From NCBI GenBank assembly GCA_963693365.1, contig CAVNZM010000004.1, forward strand, positions 1,795,449 to 1,859,448: a DNA stretch of 64,000 nucleotides, in the 5' to 3' direction. Below are positions 46,396 to 59,386 of the stretch, piece after piece. The DNA comes from Amoebidium appalachense (Eukaryota > Protista > Ichthyosporea). The notes beneath the pieces were generated by a model, which worked only from the letters and a program-made list of their open reading frames with translations, was not told the origin of the DNA and searched no databases. A program made the position numbers and the translations under genes. Position 1 is the first letter of the stretch. Each line of letters begins with the position of its first letter.

Positions 46396-46902
46396 GAAGG
46401 GGGGGAGGGGGGGGGGGGGAGGCATACGCTGGAAGGGGGGGGGGGGGGGGGGGGAGGTCTGTGTGTGTGTGTGTGTTTTTGTTTTTTTTGGTGTGTGTGT
46501 GTGTGTTAGGGTAGGGGGGGGGGGGGGGGGGGGGGGCAAAGGGGGGATGGGGGGGGGGTGTGTTTTGAGTGTAGGTGGATGGGAAGGGATGGAGGGGGGG
46601 GGGGGGGGGGGGGGAGGGGAGGCAAATGAAGCAATATCTCTAATTTTGATTTTTTTTGTTTTTGTTTTTCCAGGCTGGGTTGCGTGAGCTGAAAGAGGAA
46701 ACGGGGCTGACTGGCCGGGTGGTGAGGACATCACCAATTCTTCAGATAGACCCGTGGAAGAGCAACGAGTCCACGGTCATGGTGTGTGTGTGGGTTTTGG
46801 GGGAGGGGGGGAGGGGGGGGGGGGGGGTGGGCTGGTAGGGGGGTGGGTGGGTGGGTGGGCGGGTGGGTGTGGGTGTGTGCACATGTTTGAGGATGGTTCG
46901 GG

Positions 46903-46938
<36 letters not shown>

Positions 46939-47343
46939 CTGGGGAAGGGGAAAGACTGGGCTTTTTCGATGGGAGTACGGGTGGGGGAAGGCTGGGGCGG
47001 TTGGGGGAAGGGGGGGGGGGGGGGGGGGATGGGGAGAAGAATGGTGTCTCGGGTTGTGTTTTTATTGTTATGGCCTTGTAAGGGAGGAGTTCCGACTATG
47101 GGAAGAGTTGCTTGGGGGGACGGGTTAAGGCTATTTTTCTTTATTTATTTACTTTATTTACGGGAAAGGATTGCAGGAGAAAGGCAGAGGGGCAGGGTAG
47201 GTGCGAGAAGGGGGCGAGCAGGAAGTGGGAATGGGGGGATGGGGGGGGGGTGGGCGGGGGGGTATTCCTCCCTTTAGGGTTGGAGGCAGAGGACAATGGA
47301 ATTATGGATCGTCGATTAGTGTTTTTAATTTTTAAGTAATAGC

Positions 47344-47375
<32 letters not shown>

Positions 47376-47518
47376 CCATTCATTCATCTTTCCTCCCCCT
47401 CAACCCCCCTCCCCTTCATTTCTCTTTCCAACCCCCCCCCACCCCCACCCCCCCACCCCCTCCCTCACCCGTTCCCAACACACACACATACCCACTCACA
47501 CTCACACACACACACACA

Positions 47519-47556
<38 letters not shown>

Positions 47557-47657
47557 AATTTCTTCATTTCAGGTGGAAGTTGAGGTGGATGGCGATGACC
47601 CAACGAATGCTGGATGCCTCGTTCAAAAGTAATCATTCCTCCTAATCCCCCCTCCCC

Positions 47658-47688
<31 letters not shown>

Positions 47689-48205
47689 AAAAAAAAAAAA
47701 ACCTGGAAAGAAATCACATGTGCATATGAATATAACATGGTGGTTGACTTTCCTTTGTGCCAAGGATGTGCAGAGTTTTTTACTGAATACGTACCTGTGT
47801 CCGTGTTTGTGTTTGCTTGTCTTCCTACCTATACGCTTGACTGAGTTTGCTGTTTCCCTTTGAACTACGTGCTCTTCATTGCCCCCTTAACCGCCCCCCC
47901 CCCCAACCCCCTCCTTCTCCCTCCGCTCTCTTTTTCATATGTTCAGCCTAAGACCCACACGAATCCCCCCTCCCCCCCTTGCTGCTGCCCAGCAGCTCCG
48001 AACACACCCCTTAGCTCCAGAACCACTCGTTCCTCTGCAAATGTAATGGGGAAAGGTGCACGTGGTGGCTATCTGGCTTGCAGAAGCTAAGAGGCTCCGT
48101 GTAGTTGTCCCTGTGGGTTTAGATAAGAAAGACGGTGGTGGAAGATGAAAAGGGATGAAGGGAAGGGGGGAGGAGGGGGGTTCTTCTTTTTCTCTTCTCG
48201 GGGAG

Positions 48206-48246
<41 letters not shown>

Positions 48247-48707
48247 TGTCGGAATGGCTATACCTTAGTCTGTGGGCTGCTAGTGGATGAGTGGGTTGAA
48301 TTTTTTTTGTATGTTTGCTGTTTGGTTTCCTTTTTCAATTGGGGAAGGATATGATGGGGTGTTGGTGTGTGACCTTGTGTGACCGGAAAAAAAAAAGGGG
48401 GGGGGGGGGGGGGGGGGGTGGAGAAGAAGAAAGGAGGGGCAGAGCACGCTGGAGGAAATAAGGGAGGGGATGTTGGGTTTTATTCTTGGACACCTGGGTG
48501 GGAGGGGGGGGGAGGGGAGGGGGGGGGGAGGGGAGGGGGGGAGGAGGGAGGTCAACCGGCTTAGACCTATGCTGCTGTGTACATGTAAGGGGTGCATAAG
48601 CATGTGAACCCCATTTAATCCATGTAGGGTTTGAACTTGCCTTTTCGTGCATGAATCGCTTATTAGACACATGTTAAGCTGAGGTTTTCTCACTCCCTAC
48701 CCACCCA

Positions 48708-48758
<51 letters not shown>

Positions 48759-49409
48759 CTCCTGCGCATATCAATACATGCCTCCCTTTCCCTTTCCCTT
48801 TTTCCCAAACACCCTCCCCCCTCCCCCCCCAACCCCAACTCATTCCCCTCCCCCCCCTTATCCCTAAGGCCTCCGGTGCTCCTCTTTCTCCCTCCCTCCC
48901 CCCACCCCTCCTCCCCCTCCTCTCTCCTCTGCCTCTGTCTTATTCGCTCCCTCTCTTTGTGTGTCCCCGCACATTTCTCCCTTTCTTTCCCTCTTCTCTT
49001 CCTCCTACATGTTGAGCATACCATTTCTATAGGCTGCATAATTCTGTAGTCCTTTTTACAAGTATTTGTTGGCTATATCGTACAGTAACAAGTTCCCTTG
49101 TTTGAAAAACGGTCTGGCAAGTGTTTATTCATATTTTGCATAGTGTAGACTAACGATTTATACGTACATTTCATTTTGTCTTTTCTAACCCTGCATAGTG
49201 TAGACTAACCATTTATACGTACATTTCATTTTGTCTTTTCTAACCCTGCTCCACACAGGCTTGATGAACAAGAACACGTGGAGCCTGTGCTTGTGCCCGT
49301 ATCCGGCCTATTGGAAAGACTGCAGCGATATAAAGAGTGGGGTGTATTGGTCGACGCAAAATTATACACCCTGGCACATGGGTGGGCTTTTCCACCCCCT
49401 AGTGTGTAA
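44531..49409 (+). CDS. ADP-ribose/ADP-sugar pyrophosphatase (NUDT5/Ysa1-like Nudix hydrolase), ~226 aa
   Basis: Exons 44531-44623, 44870-45014, 45971-46098, 46674-46781, 47573-47628, 49259-49409. Motifs: WETVER, DGV, YRPPVG...[16 protein letters not shown]|[12 protein letters not shown] (Nudix box), [17 protein letters not shown]. Confidence 0.88.
49137..49249 (+). repeat. 55-bp direct tandem duplication of a branch-point/polypyrimidine region
   Basis: tgcatagtgtagactaac(g/c)atttatacgtacatttcattttgtcttttctaaccc occurs twice, with one mismatch. Confidence 0.9.
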
Positions 49410-49613
49410 TTTGATGGCATAAATTATACCGCATGTGTTTTGATCTTAGAGCAACCCATAATATGTGACATATACTGTATGCAACCCCGAAGGAGGGGGG
49501 TAGGGGGGGGGGGGGGGGGGGGGGAAGAGAAGGGAGGGTACAAGCGAAGGTTGGGAATGACCGTTGGCGTTTCTGGCATTTTCCTGTGTGAATGTGCTGG
49601 TTTTTTTTTTTTT

Positions 49614-49644
<31 letters not shown>

Positions 49645-50045
49645 GGGGGGTCTCTCCCGGGCCACTCAAACACACGTTTCCCAAATTGCTCGAAAGTACC
49701 GACGGCACCTGCCAATTTAGGATTTAGGCCTTTTCTGGTTGCTTGCTGATGATTTCTTTAAGGCGGTGGCGAAGGCATGCCGCAGCTGGGTTTTTGTTGC
49801 CCGTGGAAATTAAAGATGCAAACCGTCCACTGTGTGTACTGTCTACCAGCCAGCCGCCTTCTCATGAATGTGCAGAACCCTTGGACGTATCCCAGGGCGC
49901 TATGCTTAGCATTTTAACATATCAGATCAAGTTGATTTATTCCCCCATGATATTTTTATTTGGGGGGGGGGGGCGGGGGGGCGGAGGGGAGGGGCATTGT
50001 TCATGTGTTGTCGGTGGGTGTAGGGTGTGCGCGTACCTATGTTTA

Positions 50046-50085
<40 letters not shown>

Positions 50086-50204
50086 TGGTTGAGTGTGAGG
50101 AAGCTTCCACGTAGAGTGGCTAATTTTAGTTTGAGAGGAGAGTTTTCGGACATGTAGACGCACGCCGGCGCACGCATTTGCATATGCAGGCGCAGTGTTT
50201 GTAT

Positions 50205-50255
<51 letters not shown>

Positions 50256-51540
50256 TGTTAATTCGAGAATTTTGCAAATGTGCACCCGCACACGCACGCG
50301 CAAAAAAAAAAAAAAAATAATACACAAACACGCAGGCACGCACGCACACATACATACACACACACACAAGCACACACGCACATACGCTACCACAGACAAC
50401 ACACCGGCTCACAGATTCAGCAGAGACACATCGACACGTAGACACACAAACCGTGGGTGTGAACACATACATACATACTCACACACACACAGAGAGAGAG
50501 AGAGAGAGATGGGGGGGGGGGGGGGGGACACCATCGCCACCCTTCTGGCCCTCCCCCTCTTCCCCCCCGACCCCCCCCCCCCCCCCCCCCCTCCCCCCCC
50601 CCCCCCCCCCCCAACGAAAAAAAATAGCCCAATGCCACCCGCGCCCACACGCACACTAACCCCACCAACCACGTTTAACAACAACAGAAGCACACCCAAC
50701 CATACCTCGGTGCACATGAACATCATTTGATACCTAAATTCATACAAATCGTCAACGTTTTTGTTGCATTTAACAACTATGCACCAGCGGATTCTGCGTG
50801 GCATTGAGTTGCACAGTGCGTTCAACCAAGCGGTGTTTATCTACACGTGTCCGAAGGCCTGAGTTTAAAAATGCATGTGCGTAGCTAGGCATGCAAAGAT
50901 GTGTGTGCATGTGTACGTACATGTGCATGTGTGTGCCTGCTTGCTTTTGTGGGTGTTTGTTTGTGTGTGCGTATCATAGTGTGTGTGTGTGTCCGCGGGT
51001 GCCTGCGTGCACACGCATGTGTGTGTGTGCTTGTGTGGTGTGCTTGGCGCGCGCCTGTGTGTGTGTATTTTTGTGTGGTGTGCTTGTGTGTGCGAGCATA
51101 CCCACATAACCATAGTCATCTCAGTCATGAATGGCTATTAGTGTGCACGTGATTTTTATCCAATGGCTGACGCTGATTAAAAAACCAGCACCAGAAGCTG
51201 GCACAGCTGCTTCGATTGTGACGTCTATGAGTGGTTTGTTCTGCTTTATAAATAATAATTGTGCCAGGCGCCACCAGTGGTACCCACACACCATTTGGTG
51301 TATTCTGGAAAAACCTGTTACATCTCTCTTGTTTTCCTATCATGTAAACTCCTAAGGCGTCACGTTGCCGGGTGTCTATCGAGTCTGCGCAAACCTAGAA
51401 CCTAGATGAATCGGCTTATTCTAGATGTAGAAAGGTCGGACACACGATTTACACGGCTGCTTTACATCTAGTACTAGATACTATTAGATACCATCACCCC
51501 GAAGCGCACTGCTGAATTATGTGTGACATTCATACCGACG

Positions 51541-51576
<36 letters not shown>

Positions 51577-51753
51577 ACGACCACCACCACCACCACCACC
51601 ACCGGTACCACCACTACCACCATCACAAAAAAAAAAGAAAGAAAGAAAGAAAAAAAAGAAAAAAGAAGAGAAAAGAAAACTTTGAAGAAAAAGGAAAGAA
51701 AGAAAAAAAAGAAAAGAAAAAGAGGGAAAAGGCCAATCATACTGCTACACTTG

Positions 51754-54228
51754 CTACATCAAACCCCTCATCAGCGCCTCAGACAGTGCATGTGCAAGAT
51801 CATTGGGGGCCACCTTCTCCCCTGTGTGCTCTACGTTTTCTTCCATATTCTTTTTCTTTCCCTTCCGCCCCACCCCTACCCTACTCAGATCTAACCGCAG
51901 TGCCGTGGCACGTCTGGGAGACACAGTCCCCTCCGCATGTTTCTCTTTAACACTACTGGGACTGTTCAAATTCTCCTCCAGAGCCCATTTTTTGTAACGC
52001 GGGTAAATATCCCACAACAGAAGTCTGAATACTTCTGCTTGCGCAAAATCAAAAACGTCCCTTGCTGGCTCCTTCGATTGTGTGAGTGTGAGTTGCCGCA
52101 CGTCGTCCGGAAGATTCACTTCTTGCATGGCTCCGAATTCCACAAAATCGGCGCATATTTTGCGTGCGGTGGTTACCTTCTCTTCAGCCCCCATGGTGGG
52201 ATAGCAGGAGCAAAAAACCTCAACGGCATTCCAAAAATCCGTGTTTTCGTTGTTGAATTCTTTGCTCACAAACTCGTAGAAATTTGCGCTGTTTGCCGTG
52301 GCCCCCTTCTGTCTCAGAAGCTCGTACAAGGCGCTAGTGTTTGGGTTATTAAAGTCCCGTGCCTGTGCGATGCTTTGTTGCTGCTTTAAAGCAAGTTCAA
52401 TGTCCGATCGCTGCCGTACGAGTGCCTGTTTCAAACCATCTGCCGTTAAACCGGGATTCGCCGCTAGGAAAACGCGTGTTGTGCAGGTGGTGGGTAATTC
52501 ACCGTTGTCTTTTTTGGGGAATACGAAAGGGTTTGGAAAATCGGTGGTTTTGGTGGAAATCCACAAATTTGCCGAGCTCGGTGTGGGGCTGTGTTGCGAG
52601 GTGAAAAATGCGAGGGAAATATTCCGACCCTGCGCGTCGCGCCAATACTTCCCATTCTTTTGCGGGGCGTCAAAAACGGTGTTGTCGTCCAGCATGATGC
52701 TGGTGGAGTGATGAATATCGATATGTGGTGGGGTTGGGCGTGGCCGTGCGTGTTCAAGCGCTTCTTTATCCTGAAGCCATTTTTCAAAGTCGGCGGGGAC
52801 TGCATAGATGTTGGTGTCTGTCCCCTTGCCTGCTTGACTGGGTGTGCTCGCGCTGACGCACTTGGGTATAGTGGGTGCCGGATCAGTCTGGGCGACGTTT
52901 TTGTCGGTAGCTACCGTTTGCATGTTGTGCTGTGCGCACAGTACTGGATTTGTCAATCGCGTGATGAGGTCTTGGTGTATGGCCGCAGCGCTAGCACTCA
53001 GGTCGAGGAGCGAGTCTACGGACCGCGACTTTGTATACGGACTGGACTGCTTGTTCGCCGCCACATGTAGATCATCATCGATCGGGGGGTTGATGCGCAC
53101 ATCACAATCGTATTCCTCATCCAATATCGCCGATAGCGCTGTTCGTGTCCTTTGACTGCCCGCATTTGGGCTGCTACGGCTTGCACTGTTGCAACAACTC
53201 TGCAGTGGGCTACTCCGTGCAGAACGCGACGTGAAAAATGACGTCATCGCCTGAATACCCGCGACAGCGGCACCATGTGTCGCTTTCAAAACGCTTGCCC
53301 TGCGTCTCTGCGGCTGTGGCTCGGGGCTGCTTTTTGGGCTCCCGGACGGGGACTTGCACATGACGGGATACTCATATCCGCGGGTTTCGCTGGTGAAGAA
53401 TAGGGCACGACTAGGCCTCCGGAGGTTAGCCAAGGAGGTGACACCCGTCTGCAGTGGATTGCTCCAATCAAACGTTGGGGCACACAAGCAGTTTGCACCC
53501 GCACAACCGTTTGCCTCACACCCATCCCGGGGTGTCGAGTCCGTGTTTGCATCACCATGAGACTCGCTGCAATTGTCCACAACTGGAACCGTGTGAATTG
53601 CATCAAACTCAAGTGCATGCGTAGACGACGGCGTGCTGAGGCTTTGAACATATCGGCGGGAAGGCTTCATGCTACGCCGTACAGGCGTGCCACGGGATAT
53701 TTCCGCGTGGGCTTCGACGTGTGTGGGTAAGGGCGGGGCACTGTGGAACAGTTTGCTGTTGGTGAAATTTTCGTTCGTTGTTTCGCCGCCGGCCGTCGGT
53801 GTACGTTCCTTGGATGATTTGGTTTCGGTGGTGCTGTGCTTGGGACGTCTATTTTCCGCGTTGGCGGAATTGGTGGAGTGTCGCTTGCTTCGGTCGAACT
53901 TGGGGCTCTTGAAACTCACTTTCGGAACAGCACTTGCCCCAACCCCTATAGTCTTGTTTCGTTGCAATAAGTTTCGAAAACCATTCAGTTTGAACTCGGT
54001 GGCCTTTCTGGTTACAGTGGGCTCCACAAACGGTGGAGTTTCGGGCTGTATGCTGCCCGTGCCTGCGAGTGAGTTGCAACGCCCACCCACCTCTGTTTCA
54101 GAGTCCTCATCTGTGTCTGCCAGCCCACTCTCCAGCATCAACGGAGATTCGTACCAACTGGGGCCATGGCCGGTATACACGGGGGATTGCTCCCAATGCA
54201 TGTCAAAGGCGTGAGAATCGGGCTCCAT
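51754..54228 (-). CDS. Regulator of G-protein signalling (RGS) domain protein with long, probably disordered N-terminus, 824 aa, single coding exon
   Basis: 2.5-kb ORF free of microsatellites. The C-terminal FYEFVSKEFNNENTDFW...ARKICADFVEFGAMQEVNL...FDFAQAEVFRLLLWDIYPRY matches the RGS box (F..F...E...EN..FW; EVNL; F..AQ; D.YPRF). Confidence 0.88.
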   Translation of the reverse strand: MEPDSHAFDMHWEQSPVYTGHGPSWYESPLMLESGLADTDEDSETEVGGRCNSLAGTGSIQPETPPFVEPTVTRKATEFKLNGFRNLLQRNKTIGVGASAVPKVSFKSPKFDRSKRHSTNSANAENRRPKHSTTETKSSKERTPTAGGETTNENFTNSKLFHSAPPLPTHVEAHAEISRGTPVRRSMKPSRRYVQSLSTPSSTHALEFDAIHTVPVVDNCSESHGDANTDSTPRDGCEANGCAGANCLCAPTFDWSNPLQTGVTSLANLRRPSRALFFTSETRGYEYPVMCKSPSGSPKSSPEPQPQRRRASVLKATHGAAVAGIQAMTSFFTSRSARSSPLQSCCNSASRSSPNAGSQRTRTALSAILDEEYDCDVRINPPIDDDLHVAANKQSSPYTKSRSVDSLLDLSASAAAIHQDLITRLTNPVLCAQHNMQTVATDKNVAQTDPAPTIPKCVSASTPSQAGKGTDTNIYAVPADFEKWLQDKEALEHARPRPTPPHIDIHHSTSIMLDDNTVFDAPQKNGKYWRDAQGRNISLAFFTSQHSPTPSSANLWISTKTTDFPNPFVFPKKDNGELPTTCTTRVFLAANPGLTADGLKQALVRQRSDIELALKQQQSIAQARDFNNPNTSALYELLRQKGATANSANFYEFVSKEFNNENTDFWNAVEVFCSCYPTMGAEEKVTTARKICADFVEFGAMQEVNLPDDVRQLTLTQSKEPARDVFDFAQAEVFRLLLWDIYPRYKKWALEENLNSPSSVKEKHAEGTVSPRRATALRLDLSRVGVGRKGKKKNMEENVEHTGEKVAPNDLAHALSEALMRGLM

Positions 54229-56839
54229 TCTTCTAGGGCTAATTCATAGACTTACATTCAATGCTGGTTTATTTATTTTTGTGGAAATGTTTGGATTACG
54301 AATCACACACAAAAAACGATGTACTTAGTGAAGATATCCAGAGTCCCTTCTAGAGGATACGCCGAGTGAGACATCTATACGGGTGTTGTACAGCGTTGTA
54401 GCACGTCTCTATTAGCTACGCGTAAGACGCTGGAATGTTATTTATTTAACAGCTCTACGTGTGTTCCCTCTTGTGCTAGGTACAGGTGAGGTTTTTTCCT
54501 GCAGTGCCATGCCTGGAGCCAGCACACTGTGAGATGGCAGCACCAAACTTTATCCCTCCAGCCCCAGCTTCAGCCTTGCCCGGGAAATCTATTCAGATCT
54601 ATTCGGCGTGCAGTTATTGGTTATCTCACAGCTGCTAAATCCCCCTACACCTCAATCAAAAGTGGGGCTTATGGACGGTTACCGGCTCTATCAATTTTTT
54701 TTTATTATAATGACTTTATTGATATGCACAGCAAAAAAGAAGCCATCTCGGAGAAGAAAATACAAAAGCCCTCACTCTCGGATACGGAGGAGATAACGAC
54801 TTAAATAATCACACAAGTTGCACACACCCTAGAAAACTCGTTAACCCAGTAGCCACGCACCAATCAGTGTCCGGAATAAATTTGTTCCGAGCGGGTATCC
54901 GAATCAGATCGTCCGATTTTATCGGCTCCATTCCACCGGATAAAATTATCGTTGCCACTTTTCTTGTTAGAGGGGGCTGGGTAGGTACCAACGGGGCCTA
55001 CAATGCCCCATTAGCAAGCGCGCTGGCCGCCACAGTGTGGGCTGTGCTTGGTGGTGTGCGATCTCACTTTGCGTGGCTAGATGGTTAAACATACCGTGGT
55101 TCAACAGATAGTCAATAGACGTAATATCAGGATTATCTAAATAAGCCAGTCTTCTAATTTCTAACGGAATAATCTGAGATTAATAAACACATCTATCTAG
55201 GTGTTTACGAGAAAAAGGTTCTGCACAAAAGTGGCACAAACATTTATGGAAACAAAGGTTACAGCGCCAAAACAAACATTTCCAAGCTATATCACAATTG
55301 CAGGAGGGGTTAGAATTGCAAAATCGGTAAGTGTGGTAGGTTTACGAGAGGAAGGATAAATATAAGTAGCTAATTTACACAACGATTGTAAAGAAAATAG
55401 ACGAGTCTCTAATATAAAAGGAAGCACAGGCTCAAGATCTAGAGCCCTACCATGATACTCTTTATCACAACGATGAAGCAAAGGATAATGAGTATGAAAC
55501 CAAGTATTGTCAATTTTCTTGCCAACACTAGTACATAAGTATGTAGCTACGAAGTATCAGAACATTAGTAAGTAGCTAGTTAGTATCAAGGAAAAGGCAT
55601 TTTTTGCCTGCCCTAGCGGCTCCGCGAGGCTCTGGCCTAAAAGAAAACAAGTTAAAACTTTGGGGCATTAATTAAGCTCATCTATACATATAGGGGTTAA
55701 CGTTGCAATTGATCATGATCTATTGATGAATGCTCAAATCGGCCATTTGTGCCTACAAATATATTTTGAAAGTCTGAAAAAGAAATGGGAAAGTAATCGA
55801 TTTCTTGCGTGTTGGTTTTGTCTTGAAATCTTAGGTATGATATCGTGTTCTCCAATCTCGGAACTCACACCTTGTGACATAACTGCCCTTTGATCAAGAT
55901 TCTCAGCTTCTAAAGTATGGGGAGACTGATGGATGGATTCTATTGTCGGCGATCCAAAAACCGAACTCCAATCAGAGAACGCTAGCCTGTGACAGCCAAT
56001 CACAAGGCGCTTCCGTGTTCACATCAACGTTTTTCGAGTAGCACTGCACTTGGAAGCCTTGAAGGTCAACTTGGGAGTCGGGACACAACCAGATATCGAT
56101 CATGGGGAACGGCTGCGTAGTATGTATTCTATGAATTTATCAGCAGGAAAATAGCGAGCTTGCCAGAAATAATAATGATAGCAAAATTCCTGCGCATCTA
56201 GCAACACCGACCGTTACACCGTCAGACAGATGCGCATCCAATTATCGGATTCATGTTTGTTCCGTCGTGCATCCCGCGCACGCCCTCCACTGTCAGGCTA
56301 ATATCTAAAGCTTAGCCTGTTGATTTTTATTGGGGCTTCCCTCGAACGGCCTGGAACATTCCAGTGTCAAGGGGAGCGCGCGGGGTGGAGGGGGATGAGA
56401 GGGGGGGAGGGGGGAGGGGAGGGGGGGGGGGGGGGGGGGGGGGATAGCCGGGGGCCGGGAGGGCAAGGGGGGACTGGTCACAGGTGCCGCAGGCTCCCGG
56501 GTAGTTGTGTTGGTGCTGTTGGTACCCGTTGGTGGCGGACACATGATGCGGCGGGAGGATGGGAGATGGGGAGAGGGGGGGGGGGGGGGGGGGGGGGGTA
56601 ATAGATAGGAAAAAGGGGGGGGGGGGGGGGGGGTCCCGGAAGAGGGAGGGAGAGAGAAAGCAGAAGAGAGAGGCGAGAGGGGATGAAGCTAGAGTACTGC
56701 GGGCAGGGTGCCGGCCACAGAAGGGGAGGGGGAGGAGGAGGAGGGGGGGGGGGGGGGGGGTGTCTGAGATCGGGGCGGGTGCAGGGGGCGGGAAGGTGGG
56801 TGGGAGGGAGGGAAGGGCTCGGGGGAGGGGCCTGGGGAG

Positions 56840-56873
<34 letters not shown>

Positions 56874-57031
56874 AGAGGGGGGGGGGAAGAGGGGGGGGGG
56901 GGGGGAGGGGGGCGGGAGGGGGGGATTCCGAAGTGAGAAAGAGGCACAAGATGTCCTCAATCATTTGTTTTTGTGCCATCCCACCCAATCCTTTTTGTTT
57001 TTTTGGCCGATCGATATGTGATGTGTTGTAT

Positions 57032-57077
<46 letters not shown>

Positions 57078-59291
57078 AGTGCATATTAGTGTCATGGGGG
57101 GGGGGGGGGGGGGGTGGTTATCTATGCGCATTCAAGCCTTTCGAAATGTAACTTCCCCCCTCCTCCCACCCCCTGGGAGCGGGGCGAAGATACATTTGGA
57201 CCTTGCATATCTAAAGCCTCCCCCCTCCCCCCTCCCTCCCCCCGCCCCCTCCCTTCCCCCCCCCCCCCCCCCCCCAAAATCCCCCTTTCAAAGAACGGCC
57301 CCTGACCCCATTTCACTCAGTCACCCCTACATCCCCGCCCCCTCCCCCTCCCCCACCGGTGAGGCTGGTGTGTACTAGTAGTTAGTGGCGGTGTGTCGGC
57401 TTGGCTGATTGCACCTGTAGCACCCTAACTAGGTACAGTCGGTGCTGTGTGGAAGACGGTAGTTCCTATGAGGGCCCCCTGGGGTCCCTCCGGAAACAAA
57501 ACCGGATGATAACCCCCTCCTCCCCCCCCTCCGGATCCCCTGCGCCACTTTCCCCCCCCCCCCCCCCCCAACCCTTCCCCCCCAAACCCCCCCCTTCCCC
57601 CCCCCAAAAAAATAGTAATAATAATAATAATAAAATAAATAAATAAAAACCCTTCTCCTCCTCCCCCTCCCCCTCCCTTGTGCCCTCCCCCCCCCCCCCC
57701 CCCCTTCCCCCGCAACCACTCAAGAAATTTAAAAAAGGAAAATGTGCCCATCCCTTTGTTACCTCATTCTCCATTCCCAAACACAGACATTCACACGGGT
57801 TACCCCCTTTTTTCCTTTCTTTTCTTTTCTCCTTCTCCTTCTCCTTCTTCTCCTTCTTCTTCTTCTTCTTCTGCTTCTTCTTCTCTTCTTCTTCTTTTTT
57901 TTGGCCGATTGATATGTGTGTGTGTGGGCGGGCGCGGGATGGAGGGGGGAGGGGGGGGGAGGGGGGGGGGGAAAGGGGGGGGAGGGAGGGGGGGGTGGGG
58001 GGGGGGGGGGGGGGCGTTGTTTTTGCAATAACACATTTCTCTCCACCTCAACCCCTCCTTCTCCCCCTCCCCTCCTCTCCATGGGGGGATTGGATTACCA
58101 TGTAGGGGAGGGGGGTACAGTAGCGGGGGGATTAACTGTTACATTTGGACCTTGCATAGCTAACCCCCCCCCTCCCCCTACCCACCCACCCACCCCTCCC
58201 TCCCTCCCTCCCTCCCCACCGCCTTTACCCCGGGCATCTCACCCCGTCTCCCCCTCCCCTTCTCTCCCCCCACCCCTCCCTCCAAAAAAAAAGAAAGAAA
58301 AAAAAAAAAAAACCTCTGGGCCCATTCTCGGGGCCCCCATCACCCTATTACAACATTCCCCAAACACAAACAAAACACAAACACAGACATTGGTAGAAAC
58401 CTTGTGAAACACCTTCTCTCTCTATACTTTGGCCCAAAAAAAATCCCTCGTGATGGTTTCTAATCTGTTTACTTCTTCGTCTCCTCCCCTCACCAAGTCC
58501 TGCACCCAACCAAGCAACCCCTCCCCCCCCCCGCCCCCCCCCTCCCCCCCCCTTCCCCCCCCCCCTCCCACACACACACACAAACACCCATCACCACCAT
58601 CCCACCCACCCTCCCCACCCTCTCCCTCCCCCGGCTCCCTCCCTGAAACCCCACCCCCCCCCCTTCCTCCCCCCCCCCCCCCCCCCCCCCCCCCACCACC
58701 ACCACCACCACCACCATCACCACTCAACACAACCCCTTCTCAACCCAGGGCTACCCACCTAACGCCCCCCTTTCTATCCGAATTCACGTAGTAGACACAG
58801 CCAAGCACATATACACAGTTGAGTCTTTGGACACCGTGATGCACATAAACACGTACATGACAGCAATAGCCTGCTCTTCGGCTTCTTCTAATCGGTTAAA
58901 CCTTTGTGCTTCATAGTATATGTGCACACATAGCTCAAACATTATGGGTATTTGCAAGGTGTCAGGTGTGAGCGCTATCAAATTTTTGCACGATTGGATT
59001 CATGTATGTATATGCGTGGGAACTGAGGGGATAAGCGGGATGTCTTGCGGTGGCTCCCTTCCCTTGCTCGCTCTCGCTTTCCCTCCCCCTCCATACAGTC
59101 CTCCCCTCCCCCTCCCCCCCCCCCGCCCCCCTTTCCCTCTCCCCCCCCCCCCCCCCCCCGCCCTCCCCCCGCTCCTCTCGGTTTCCCTTTTCCTTCCCTC
59201 CATTTTCAGAGCCTCCCCTCCCCTCTTCCCCACCCCTCCTCTCTCATTCTTTCTCTCTCTATCCCTCCCTCCCTCCCTCCCTCTCTCTGTG

Positions 59292-59346
<55 letters not shown>

Positions 59347-59353
59347 GTCTGTC

Positions 59354-59386
<33 letters not shown>

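Noticed and set aside
44531-49409. Functional cluster of the ADP-ribose pyrophosphatase with the Gig2-like ART
   Set aside because: They are 36 kb apart with five unrelated genes between them, and NUDT5-like enzymes are housekeeping genes.
51937-54214. Plus-strand ORFs overlapping the RGS gene, and alternative-frame ORFs over the Cys-rich pair
   Set aside because: They are antisense or shifted-frame shadows of real CDSs.
55734-56003. 89-aa non-repetitive ORF in the intergenic region
   Set aside because: No ATG start, recognisable motif or clear splice context.
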